The translations under genes were made by a program, and so were the position numbers. DNA of 64,000 nt from Squalus acanthias (Eukaryota), in the NCBI GenBank assembly GCA_030390025.1, contig CM059432.1, forward strand, positions 20,834,001-20,898,000, read 5' to 3'. Under the pieces are notes generated by a model. It was not told the DNA's origin and searched no databases. It saw nothing but the letters and a program-made list of their open reading frames with translations. Below, one piece after another: positions 26,797 through 39,734 of the stretch. Position 1 is the stretch's first letter, and the number at the start of each line of letters is the position of its first letter.

Positions 26797-29700
26797 ATGA
26801 GTCATAGAGTTATACAGCACAGAAAGAGGCCCTTCGGCCCATCGTGTCCGCGCCGGCCATCAAGCCCTGTCTATTCTAATCCCATTTTCCAGCACTTGGT
26901 CCGTAGCCTTGTATGCTATGGCGTTTCAAGTGCTCATCTAAATGCTTCTTGAATGTTGTGAGGGTTCCTGCCTCTACCACCCTTTCAGGCAGTGAGTTCC
27001 AGATTCCAACCACCCTCTGGGTGAAAAAGTTTTTCCTTAAATCCCCTCTAAACCTCCTGCCCCTTACCTTGAAACTATGCCCCCTGGTTATTGACCCCTC
27101 TACTAAGGGGAAAAGTTCCTTTCTATCTACCCTATCTATGCCCCTCATAATTTTGTACACCTCAATCAGGTCCCCCCTCAGCCTTCTCTGCTCTAAGGAA
27201 AACAACCCTAGCCTGTCCAGTCTCTCTTCATAGCTGAAGCGCTGCAGCCCAGGCAACATCCTGGTGAATCTCCTCTGCACCCTCTCCAATGCAATCACAT
27301 CCTTCCTATAGTGTGGCGACCAGAACTGCACACAGTATTCCAGCTGTGGACTAACTAGCGTTTTGTACAGCTCCATCATAACCTCCCTGCTCTTATATTC
27401 TATGCCTCGGCTAATGAAGGCAAGTATCCCATATGCCTTTTTAACCACCTTATCTACCTGTCCTGCTGCCTTCAGGGATCTATGTACATGCACACCAAGG
27501 TCCCTCTGATCCTCTGTCCTTCCTAGGGTCCTACCATTCATTGTGTATTCCCTTGCCTTGTTTGTCCTCCCAAAATGCATCACCTCACACTTTTCAGGGT
27601 TAAATTCCATTTGCCACTGTTCTGCCCATCTGACCAACCCGTCTATATCGTCCTGTAGCCTGAGGCTTCCTCCTCGCTATTTACCACCCCACCAATTTTC
27701 GTGTCATCTGCAAACTTACTGATCATACCTCCTACATTCATATCTAAATCATCAATGTACACTACAAACAGCAAAGGACCCAGCACCGATCCCTGTGGTA
27801 CACCTATGGACACAGGCTTCCAGTCACAAAAACAACCTTCGACCATCACCCTCTGCCTCCTGCCACTAAGCCAATTTTGGATCCAATGTGCCAAGTTGCC
27901 CTGGATCCCATGGGCTCTTACCTTCTTGACCAGTCTCCCATGTGGGACTTTGTCAAAAGCCTTACTGAAGTCCATGTAGACCACATCAACTGCACTACCC
28001 TCATCCACACATCTAGTCACCCCCTCGAAAAATTCAATCAAATTGGTCAGACATGATCTCCCCCTGACAAAGCCATGCTGACTATCCTTGATTAATCCTT
28101 GCCTCTCCAAGTGGAGACTAATTCTGTCCCTCAGAATTTTTTCCAATAATTTCCCTACCACTGATGTTAGGCTCACTGGCCTGTAATTCCCTGGTTTATC
28201 CCTACTACCCTTCTTGAATAATGGTACTACGTTAGCTGTTCTCCAGTCCTCTGGCACCTCCCCTGTGGCCAGAGAGGTTCTGAAAATTTGTGTCAGAGCC
28301 CCTGCAATCTCCTCCCTTGCCTCACACAGCAGCCTGGGATACATCTCGTCTGGGCCTGGGGATTTATCCACTTTTAAGCCTGCTAAAACCGCTAGTACCT
28401 CCTCCCTCTCAATACTAATTTGTTCAAGTATATCACAATCCCCCTGCCTGATTTCTATGCCTACATCCTTCTCCATAGTGAACACAGATGCAAAATATTC
28501 ATTTAAAACCCCACTTACATCTTCCGGCTCTACACACAGATTGCCACTTTGGTCCCGAATGGGCCCTACTCTTTCCCTGGTTATCCTCTTGCCCTTAATA
28601 TACTTATAAAACACCTTGGGATTTTCCTTTATTTTGCCCGCCAGTGTTATTTCATGCCCCCTCTTCGCTCTCCTAATTTATTTTTTAAGTACCCCCATGC
28701 ACTTTCTATACTCCTCTAGGGTTTCCACTGTTTTTAGTCCTTTGTATCTGCCAAAAGCCTCCCTTTTTTTCCTAATCCATTCTCGCATATCCCTTGACAT
28801 CCAGGGTTCCCTGGACTTGTTGGTCCCACCCTTGACCGTTTACGGGAACATGTTGCCGTTGTACTCTCTCTATTTCCTTTCTGAAAGACTCCCACTGCTC
28901 TGATGTGGATTTTCCTACAAGTAGCTGATCCCAGTCCACTTTGGCCAGATCCTGCCTTATCATATGAAAATCGGCCTTCCCCCAATTTAGAACCTTTATT
29001 TCCGGTCCATCTTTGTCCTTTTCCATGACTACCTTAAATCTCACCGAATTATGGTCACTGTCACCAAAATGCTCTCCTGCTGCCACTTCTACCACTTGCC
29101 CGGCTACATTCCCTAGAATTAGGTCCAGTACCGCCCCCTCTCTTGTAGGACTTTCTACATGCTGGTTCAAAAAGCTCTCCTGGATGCACTTTAAGAATTC
29201 CGCACCCTCTAAGCCTTTCACACTCTGACAATCCCAGTTAATATTGGGGAAGTTTAAATCCCCTACTATTATTACCCTATTATTTCTACACTTCTCTGAG
29301 ATTTATAGAAACATAGAATCATAGAAACATAGAAAATAGGTGCAGGAGTAGACCATTCGGTCCTTCGAGCCTGCACCGCCATTCAATGCGTTCATGGCTG
29401 AACATGCTACCTCAGTACCCCATTCCTGCTTTCTCGCCATACCCCTTGATCCCCCTAGTTGTGAGTATTATATCTAACTCCCTTTTGAATATATTTAGCG
29501 AACTGGCCTCAACAACCTTCTGTGGTAGAGAATTCCACAGATTCACCACTCTCTGGGTGAAGAAGTTCCTCCTCATCTCAGTCTTAAATGGCTTCCCCTT
29601 TATCTTAGACTGTGACCCCTGGTTTTAGTTTTCCCTAACATTGGAAACATTCTGCCCGCATCTAATTTGTCTAAACCAGTCAGGATTTTAAACGTCTCTA

Positions 29701-32700
29701 TAAGACCCCCCCTCATTCTTCTGAACTCCAGAGGATACAAGTTCAGTTGATCCAGTCTTTCTTGATATGTCAGTCTGGCCATCCCAGGAATCAATCTAGT
29801 GAACCTTCGTTGCACTCCCTCAATAGCAAGAATGTCCTTCCTCAAGTTAGGAGACCAAAACTGCACACAATACTCCAGGTGTGGCCTCACCAAGGCCCTG
29901 TACAACTGTAGCATCACCTCCCTACTCCTGTACTCAAATCCCCTTGCTATGAAGGCCATCATGCCATTTGCTTTCTTGACTGCCTGCTGCACTTGCCTTC
30001 CCACCTTCAGTGACTGATGTACCATGACGCCCAGGTCTCGTTGCACCTCCCCTTTCCCTAATCTGCCACCATTCAGGTAATAGTCTGCCTCCCTATTTTT
30101 ACCACCAAAGTGGATAACCTCACATTTATCCACATTGTACTTCATCTGCCATACATTTGCCCATTCACCCAACCTGTCCAAGTCACTCTGTAGCCTCCTA
30201 GCATCCTCCTCATTGTTCACACTGCCTCCCAATTTAGTGTCATCCGCAAATTTGGAGATATTACAATTAATCCCTTCGTCCAAATCATTAATATATAATG
30301 TAAACAGCTGGGGCCCCAGCACCGAACCCTGCGGTACCCCGCTGGTCACTGCCTGCCATTCTGAAAAGTACCCATTTACTCCTACTCTTTGTTTCCTGTG
30401 TGCCAACCAGTTCTCAATCCACGTCAACACATTACCCCCAATCCCATGTGCTTTAACTTTGCACACCAATCTCTTGTGTGGGACCTTGTCGAAGGCCTTC
30501 TGAAAGTCCAAATACACCACATCTACTGGTTCCCCCCCGTCCACCCTATTGGAAACATCCTCAAAAAATTCCAGAAGATTTGTCAAGCATGATTTCCCTA
30601 TCACAAATCCATGCTGACTTGGACCTATCATGTCGCCACTTTCCAAATGGTCTGTTATGACATCTTTAATAATTGATTCCATCATTTTACCCACCACCGA
30701 TGTCAGGCTGACCGGTTTATAATTCCCTGCTTTCTCCCTCCCTCCTTTTTTAAAAAGAGGGGTTACATTAGCCACCCTCCACTCCTTCGGAACTGATCCA
30801 GAGTCTAAGGAATGTTGGAAAATGATCGTCAATGCATCCACTATTTCCAAGGCCACCTCCTTAAGTACTCTGGGATGCAGACCATCAGGCCCTGGGGATT
30901 TATCAGCCTTCAGTCCCATCAATTTCCCCAACACCTTTTCCCGACTGATAAGGATTTCCCTCAGCTCCTCCCTCTTACCAGATCCTTTGATCTCTTTTAT
31001 TTCCGGAAGGTTGTTTGTGTCCTCCACAGTAAACACCGAACCAAAGTACTTGTTCAATTGATCTGCCATTTCTTTGTTCCCCATTATGACTTCCCCTGTT
31101 TCTGACTGCAGGGGACCTACGTTTGTTTTTACTAACCTCTTCTTTTACATATTTATAGAAGCTTTTGCAGTCCGTTTTAATGTTCTCCGCAAGCTTCCTT
31201 TCATATTTTATTTTCCCTGCCCTAATCAAACCCTTCGTCCTCCTCTGCTGAGTTTTAAAGTTCTCCCAGTCCCCGGGTTTGCTGCTACTTCTGGCCAATT
31301 TGTATGCCACTTCCTTGCTTTTAATACTATCCCTGATTTCCCTTGTTAGCCATGGTTGAGCCACCTTCCCTTTTTAATTTTTACGCCAGACAGGGATGTA
31401 CAATTGCTGTAGTTCATCCATGCGATCTCTATATGTCTGCCATTGCCCTTCCACTGATAACCCCTTAAATATCGCTTGCCAATCTAACCTCGCCAATTCA
31501 CGCCTCATACGCTCAAAGTTGCCCTTATTTAAGTTCTGGACCATGGTCTCTGAATTAACTGTTTCCTTCTCCATCCTAATGTAGAACTCCACCATACTAT
31601 GGTCACTCTTCCCCAAGGGGCCTCGCACCACAAGATTGCTGATTAGTCCTTCCTCATTACACACCACCCAGTCCAGGATGGCCTCCCCTCTAGTTGGTTC
31701 CTCAACATATTGGTTTAGGAAACCATCCCTTAAAAACTCCAGGAAATCCTCCTCCACCATATTGCTTCCAGTTTGAGTAGCCCAATCTATATGCATATTA
31801 AAGTCACCCATGATAACTGCTGCGCCTTTTTTGCATGCACCTCTGATTTCCTGTTTCATACCCTCCCCCACCTCACTACTACTGTTTGGAGGTCTGTACA
31901 CAACCCCCACTAACGTTTTCTGCCCTTTGGTGTTCTGCAGCTCAACCCATATTGATTCCACATCCTCCAAGCTAATGTCCTTCCTAGCTATTGCATTAAT
32001 CTCCTTTTTAATCAGCAATGCTACCCCACCCCCTTTTCCTTTTATTCTATCCTTCCTGAATGTTGAATACCCTGGATATTCAGTTCCCAGCCTTGATTGT
32101 TCTGGAGCCACGTCTCTGTAATCCCAATCACATCATATCCGTTAACATCAATTTGCACAGTCAATTCATCCACCTTATTACGGATACTCCTTGCATTAAG
32201 ACACAGAGCCTTTAGGCTTGTTTTATTAACACCCTTTGTCCTTTTAGACTTATGATTTAGTATGGCCCTTTGTGTTTCTTGCCTTTGTTTACTCGGATTT
32301 CCCTTATTGTTTCTCACCCTTCTAACATTTGCCTACATATCTGTTCCTCTATCTCCCCCTGACTGTTTGGGGACCTATAGTACACTCCCAGCAAAGTGCT
32401 TGCCCCCTTTTTGTTTTTAAGTTCTACCCATATGGCCTCATTAGAGGAACCTGCTAAGATATCATCCCTCCTTACAGCAGTAATTGACTCCTTGATTAAT
32501 ATTGCGACACCCCCTCCTCTTTTACACCCCCCTCTGTCTCGCCTGACGATTCTACACCCCGGAATATTGAGCTGCCAGTCCTGCACCTCCCTCAACCATG
32601 TCTCTGTGATAGCAACAATGTCATACTCCCATGTGTTCATCAACACCTTCAATTCATCTGCCTTGCTCGCAAGACTCCTTGCATTAAAATAAATGCCATC

Positions 32701-34060
32701 CAGCCTTGCCATACTCTCTTGTGCCATTACATATTTGCTCTGCCTTCCGGGCTGACTTGGTTTTTCCTCTATATTTGGCTGTGCATCACCCCCTACTATA
32801 GCTCCACTCCGTATCCCATCCCCCTGCCAAGTTAGTTTAAACCCCCCCCAACAGTACTCGCAAATCTCCCCTGCAAGGATGTTGGTCCCGTTCTGGTTCA
32901 GGTGCAACCCGTCTGACTTGTACAGGTCCCACCTTCCCCAGAAGCAGACCCAGTGATCCAGGAAACTAAAGCCCTCCCTCCTGCACCAACTCTTTAGCCA
33001 CGCATTCATCTGCTCTATCCTCCTATTCCTATACTCACTAGCACGTGGCACTGGGAGTAATCCAGAGATTACAACCTTTGTGGTCCTACTTTTTAATCTG
33101 CTACCTAGCTGCCTAAATTCTTGTTGCAGGACCTCATCCGTCTTTCTACCCATGTCATTGGTACCAATGTGAACCATGACCTCTGACTGTTCGCCCTCCC
33201 CTTTCAGAATGCCCTGCAGCCGTTCAGTGACATCCTTGACCCTGGCACCAGGGAGGCAACATACCATCCTGGGGTTACGTCTGCGGCCACAGAAACGACT
33301 ATCTGTTCCCCTTATAGAATCCCCTATCACTATTGCTCTCCCACTCTTTTTCCTCCCCTCCTGTGCAGCTGAGCCACTCGTAGTGCCACAGACTTGGCTC
33401 TTGCTGCATTCCCCTGAGAAACCATCTGCCCCATCAGTATCCAAAACTGAAAATCTGTCGGAGAGGGAGATGGACCCAGGGGACTTCTGCACTACCTTCC
33501 TAGTTCTTTTACTCTGTCTGGTGGTCACCCATTCCCTGTCTGCCTGTGCACTCTTTACCTGCGGTGTGACCACCTTGTTAAACATGCTATCCACGAAGAT
33601 CTCAGCTTCGTGGATGCTCCACAGTGACTCCAGCCGCAGCTCCAGCTCCGAAACGCGGATTTCGAGTAGCTGCAGCTGGAGACACTTCCTGCACATGTGT
33701 TCGCCCTGGACACCTAAAGTGTCCCTGACTTCCAACATAGCACAGGAGGAGCACTCCATGCTGCCGAGCTGCCCTGCTGTGTCCTACCCTTAATTTACTC
33801 CCTTTAAATGAAAGAATATTAAATACACTAGGGACCTTACTTCCCTTTAAACACTACTTACTCTAAACTAGAGACCTTACTTTTACTTTAATGACTGGAA
33901 TGTAGAAATACTGTAGAAATACTCACTGCTGGTTCTCTGTCCCCTCTTGTGCAGCTTTTTAGCTCCTGCTCTCCTGGAAGCTGACAAAGATGGAAAAAGA
34001 AAGGAACACCTCCCTCCCCGAACTCCCTCACTCACCAAACTCGCAGCTTAACACTCTTTG
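26797..34060 (-). mobile_element. Near full-length CR1 LINE (outer element A), split by a nested CR1 at 29305-32326
   Basis: ORF1 with CxxC...CxxC finger, Leu-rich coil and SGNH esterase motifs (IGDS, HIGTND, DGLHLN) from 33759; APE endonuclease (YFNARS, VAITETWL, GDSDHN); RT (PGPD, QHGF, DFSKAFDKV, PQGSVLGP, FADD); CR1 C-terminus (FFTQRVV) and short repeat tail near 26800; several frameshifts/stops; 5' end approximate. Confidence 0.93.
29305..32326 (-). mobile_element. 5'-truncated CR1 LINE (element B) nested in the endonuclease region of element A
   Basis: 8-bp-unit repeat tail (atagaaacatagaatcatagaaacatagaa) at 29305; APE and RT pieces (ORFs 32042-32317, 31374-32111, 30975-31364, 29600-31084); flanked by ATTT at 29301-29304 and 32327-32330; removing it restores ...EQICRQISEKCRNN of element A. 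Confidence 0.95.
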
Positions 34061-34559
34061 GCGCAGTGCTGGTTTTACATGATTTTACTCTCCTTTGAAG
34101 CCCAACCCTGATCCTGTGGATCTCCTGCCTGGCGAGTTAGGCTAAAATTACCCCCTTAGCCTTTGGATATGTTCAAATATACTTCCAATCATTGATGTTC
34201 ATTAACGAGTTTCAAAGCAGTCACACAATTGATGATTTTCAATGACAGCGGGGGAAGACTTCCTCTTGCCATTGTGTGTTAGTCGCATCATTAACATATC
34301 ATAAAGATTTCCTGTGTTGCCTACTTCTGAGGAAATGCTCCAAAAGAACAGATTTTTGATTTCGTCAAAAGTAATTATCAGGGTAACTCTCCCCACTATG
34401 ATTACAATGTCGCTAACACTTAACAGACAGCGATCTCCCCCTATCGTGAACAAAGTCCCTTGAACTACACGTTATGAGTAATTATCTTAAAATCACCAAT
34501 GCTGTTTATTTTACATATTTGCACAGTACTTTGACTTGTTCACTTAAATATGCTATAAG

Positions 34560-34975
34560 GGGCACGGCCTCCATTCCGTTTACGTTCTAGCAGTTCATGT
34601 TTACATCCCTTCATGGTCTCATTCCTCCCTATCTCTGTAAGCTGTTCCATCCCGAAAACCCCTCCACTTCCTCCCTGAAATCTCCATTCCTCTGACTCTG
34701 ACCTCTTGTGCATCACCCCTCCCTTCACTCCACCATTGATGACCACACCATCAGCCATCTAGGCCTCTCACTCTGGAATTCCCTCTCTAAACCACACTGC
34801 TTCTCCATCCCTCTCTTCTTTTAAGACCCTTCTTAAAGCCCACCACTTTCACCAAGCTTTTGGTCACCTCTCCTAATTTCCAGTCCTTTCGCTCAGCATC
34901 CATTTTCTAAATTACACTGCTGTGAAGCACTTTGGGATTTTTTTTTATGTTGAACGTGCTATATAAATGCAACTT
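34560..34975 (+). mobile_element. L2-like LINE 3' end fragment
   Basis: ctctggaattccctctctaaacc...accaagcttttggtcacc...gtgaagcactttggg...gctatataaatgca tail, shared with the Deu-SINE tails. Confidence 0.6.
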
Positions 34976-35624
34976 GTTAATAGTAATGAAGGATCAGGAT
35001 TCGGGATGTTGTTTAGGTTAAACTGTTGTGGAGACAACCCCATGAGTTCTGTTATGTTAAATGGGTAAGTACAGACATAGACGATTAAGTACTTTATTGA
35101 GCATGATGAACCTAATCCCAGATGTCTGATTTTTGGTTCTGAATCTTTACTTGTACACATCAAAAACAGATGATGAGATCTGTATGAATATGAAACCAGC
35201 ATAAGACGTTTCAAGGTCTAGAAAGTTTGTGAAGAAATTTGGGTTTGATTTAGGGAATTATTAATTACAGACAAGTTTCAAGCCTTTCCTAATAGCTTAG
35301 TGGGTAAATACACTACCTGAGCACTAATTCATAAATCAAGTAGGTGTCAATTTTGATCCCTGGCCTGATTTCAACAAGAGTGACAATGGTGCAGCGCAAT
35401 TGGCTTCTTTCAATGGGAGAGAGGAGGTTTCCACTCCTGATTTCTATCCAGTGGCCACCACTGAAAGTGCATGTCACGTGAGGACAGGTTCACCTGGTAA
35501 GTAGTTTGTTTCATTGCGATACGAAATTGCGACAGCAACAACTTGCATTTATGTCACGTCTTTAGCATAGTAAAATGACCTAAGCAGCTTCGCAGGAGTG
35601 TAATCAGACAAAAATGGACTCTGT

Positions 35625-38600
35625 TTTCAGAATCCTCAAAGGGGAGGGGGAACAATCACAAGTCGTGGTACACATCGGTACCAACGACATAGGTAGGAGA
35701 AGGGACGGGGATTTAAAACAGGAATTTAGGGAGCTAGGTTGGAAGCTGAGAGCCAGTACAAACCATGTTGTAATTTCTGGTTTGTTGCCGGTGCCACGTG
35801 CTAGCGAGTTGAGGAACAGGGAGAGAGTGCAGATAAACACGTGGCTGCAGGGATGGTGTAGCGGGGAGGGTTTCAGTTATGTGGATAATTGGAGCACATT
35901 CTGGGGAAGGTGGGACCTGTACAAACAGGACAGTTTGCACCTGAACCAGAGGGGCACCAATATCCTGGGAGGGAAATTTGCTACGGCTCTTCGGGGGGGT
36001 TTAAACTAATTTGTCAGGGGGATGGGAAAAAGGGCTGTAGTCCAGGAGCCAGTGGTGAGTGTAGGGAGGTACTGAGGAGGGTATCAAGGTCGCAGGAATG
36101 TACCGGCAGACAGGAAGATGGCTTGAAGTGTGTCTACTTCAATGCAAGGAGCATCCGGAATAAGGTAGGAGAACTTGGAGCGTGGATTGGTACTTGGGAC
36201 TACGATGTGGTGGCCATTACGGAGACATGGTTAGAACAGGGACAGGAATGGTTGTTGGAAGTTCCGGGGTATAGATGTTTCAGTAAGAGTAGGGAAGTTG
36301 GTAAGAAAGGTGGAGGAGTAGCATTGTTAATCAAGGATAGTTTAACAGCGGCAGAAAGGCAGTTCGAGGGGGATCTGCCGTCTGAGGTAATATGGGCTGA
36401 AGTTAGAAATAGGAAAGGAGTGGTCACGTTGTTAGGAGTTTTCTACAGGCCCCCAAATAGTAATAGAGATGTGGAGGAAGAAATTGCAAAGCAGATTATG
36501 AATAGGTGTGGACGTCACAGAGTAGTTGTCATGGGTGACTTCAACTTTCCAAATATTGATTGGAACCTTTATAGGTCAAACAGTTCGGATGGGATAGTTT
36601 TTGCACAGTGTGTGCAGGAGGGTTTCCTGACACAATATGTGGATAGGCCGACAAGAGCTGGGGCCACGTTGGATTTGGTACTGGGTAATGAACCGGGCCA
36701 AGTGTTTGATTTGTATGTGGGAGAGCACTTTGGAGATAGTGACCACAATTCGGTAACGTTCACTATTGCAATGGAGAGGGATAGGGCCATACGGCAGGGC
36801 AGGGTTTATAATTGGGGGAGGGGTAATTATGATGCGATTAGGCAAGAATTAGGGAGTATAAGATGGGAACAGAAACTATCAGGGAAAGGCACAAACGAAA
36901 AGTGGAGCTTTTTCATGGAGCAATTGCTGCGTGTCCTTGATAGGTATGTCCCTGTCAGGCAGGGAGGAAATGGCCGAGTGAGAGAACCATGGTTCACAAA
37001 AGAGGTTGAATGTCTAGTCAAGAGGAAAAAGGAAGCGTATGTAAGGATGAGAAAACAAGGTTCAGTTGGGTCGATTGAGGGGTACAAGGTAGCAAGGAAT
37101 GAGCTAAAAAAAAGAGCTTAGGAGAGCTAGGAGGGGGCATGAGAAGTCCTTGGCGGGTCGGATCAAGAAAAACCCCAAGGCCTTTTACTCTTATGTGAGA
37201 AATAAAAGAATGACCAGGGTGAGGGTAGGGCCGGTCAAGGACAGTAGTGGGAACTTGTGCATGGAGTCAGAAGAGACAAGAGAGGTGATGAATGAATACT
37301 TTTCGTCAGTGTTCACCGAGGAGAGGGGCCATGTTCTTGAGGATGAGAGTGTGATAAAGGTGGATAGGCTGGAGGTGGTAGATGTTCTGAGGGAAGATGT
37401 TTTAGCAATTTTGAAGAACCTGAGGGTCGATAAGTCCCCTGGGCCAGATGGGATATATCCTAGGATTCTTTGGGAGGCAAGGGAGGAGATTGCAGAGCCT
37501 CTGGCTTTGATCTTTGGGTCCTCACTGTCCACGGGAATGGTGCCAGAGGACTGGAGAGTGGCGAATGTTGTTCCTCTCTTCAAGAAAGGAAATAGGAATG
37601 ACCCTGGTAATTATAGGCCGGTTAGTCTTACTTCGGTGGTTGGTAAGATAATGGAAAAGGTCCTGAGGGATAGGATTTATGACCATTTGGAAAGGGGCAA
37701 CTTAATCAGGGATAGTCAACACGGATTCGTGAAGGGTAAGTCTTGCCTAACAAATTTGATTGAATTCTTTGAGGAGGTAACTAAGTGTGTAGATGAAGGT
37801 AGAGCAGTTGATGTCGTATACATGGATTTTAGTAAGGCGTTTGATAAGGTTCCCCATGGTCGGCTCATGAAGAAAGTAAGGAGTTGTGGGATAGAGGGAA
37901 ATTTGGCCGATTGGATAAGTAACTGGCTATCTCATAGAAGGCAGAGGGTGGTGGTGGATGGAACATTTTCGGACTGGAGACCAAGTACCAGCGGTGTGCC
38001 ACAGGGGTCGGTGCTGGGTCCTCTGCTGTTTGTGATTTTTATCAATGACTTGGAGGAGGGGACTGAAGGGTGGATCAGTAAATTTGCTGATGACACCAAG
38101 ATTGGTGGAGCAGTGGATGAGGTGGAGGGCTGTTGTAGGCTGCAAAGAGACATTGATAGGATGCAGAGCTGGGCCGAAAAATGGCAGATGGAATTTAACC
38201 CTGATAAGTGCGAGGTGATTCATTTTGGTAGGGCAAATTTGAATAAGGATTACAGGGTCAACGGCAGGGTTCTGAGGAACGTGGAGGAGCAGAGGGATCT
38301 GGGGGTTCATATTCACAGATCTCTGAAGGTTGCCACTCAAGTGGATAGAGCAGTAAAGAAGGCCTATGGTGTGTTGGCGTTTATTAACAGAGGGTTTGAG
38401 TTTAAGAACCGTGAGGTTATGCTGCAACTGTACAGGACCTTGGTGAGACCAAATTTGGAATATTGTGTGCAGTTCTGGTCACCTCACTATAGGAAGGACG
38501 TGGAAGCATTGGAAAGAGTGCAAAGGAGATTTACCAGGATGCTGCCTGGTTTGGGGGGGAGGTCTTATGAGGAAAGATTGAGGGAATTGGGGCTTTTCTC

Positions 38601-38997
38601 TTTAGAGCGGAGGAGGATGAGAGGCGACTTAATAGAGGTTTATAAGATGATGAGGGGGATAGATAGAGTGGATGTTCAGAGACTATTTCCTCGGGTAGAG
38701 GCAGCTGTTACAAGGGGGCATAACTATAAGGTGCATGGGGGGAGATATAGAAGGGATGTCCGAGGTAGATTCTTTACTCAGAGAGTGGTTGGGGTGTGGA
38801 ATGGACTGCCTGCTGTGATAGTGGAGTCGGACACTTTAGGAACTTTCAAGCGGTTATTGGATAAGCACATGGAGCACACCAGAGTGATAGGGAGTGTGAT
38901 AGCTTGATCTTGGTCTCGGACAATGCTCGGCACAACATCGAGGGCCGAAGGGCCTGTACTGTGCTGTACTGTTCTATGTTCTATGTTCTATGTTCTA
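35625..38997 (+). mobile_element. 5'-truncated CR1 LINE (element C): esterase end of ORF1 plus near-intact ORF2
   Basis: ORF1 remnant ending at TAA 36007-36009 (HIGTND, DSLHLN); ORF2 APE (to 37121) and RT (37150-38907) joined by one frameshift at the A-run near 37106-37113; (TGTTCTA)n tail; inserted into an older L2/SINE-tail fragment. Confidence 0.95.
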
Positions 38998-39484
38998 TTA
39001 GGACAGGTGACTAAAAGCTTGGTCAAAGTGGAAGAGACATATGATCCAGAGGCAAGTACAAATAGTATGCTTTAACAATACAACATCATGACAAATTTTA
39101 AGAACAGGATAAGGCCATTAGGATTAATAAGCAAGTCCCTTTTGTTGACAGATTGAGTCCACCTACCTATCTTCTCATTATCCCCCTTAGTCCAATTTTT
39201 CTCCGGAAAGACAACCAATTATTTCTTCAACTCACTCATACTGAGCACTTCAGTGATCTTCTCTGGTAACTTATTTCATAACTCTATAACCTTTTGGGTA
39301 AAAGAGTTCCACCTACCTTACTTTCGTGTTCCCAACTTCATAATTTTAGCCTTTGCATTCTGATAGTTAAATCCTTCACCATAGCAAGCAATTTGCCCGG
39401 AAGATATTTGCTCATTCCCATCATAATCTTAAAAATGTATTGTTTTATTTATATTTATATTCCTTTGTTTTCTTTTCCAATAAG

Positions 39485-39649
39485 TGGATGGGAACTGGAA
39501 TGATTGGTCTAGCTGGAGTCAATGTTCTGCCACCTGCTCAAATGGGACACAGCAGCGGACAAGGGAGTGCAATGGGCCTTCCTTTGGTGGAGCTGAATGC
39601 CAGGGTTACTGGTCTGAAAACAGGCCGTGCTTTCCAGGACAGTGTCCAG
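39485..39649 (+). CDS. ADGRB1: ADGRB1-like exon, TSR (BAI1 TSR4 equivalent)
   Basis: long pyrimidine tract then taAG|TG GAT ... CCA G|GTaggt; 165 nt, phase 1-1; (V)[54 protein letters not shown]. Confidence 0.95.
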
Positions 39650-39734
39650 GTAGGTTTCATTCATTCAAAAAGTCAGTTCTGTGCTTTTTTGTGGATAGTT
39701 CAAGCTATGACTAACAAATCATTAAAAAAACATA

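Noticed and set aside
32314..33759. 481-aa esterase-endonuclease ORF as a novel host fusion gene
   Set aside because: It is CR1 ORF1 running into ORF2 through a single-base insertion and ending at the nested CR1
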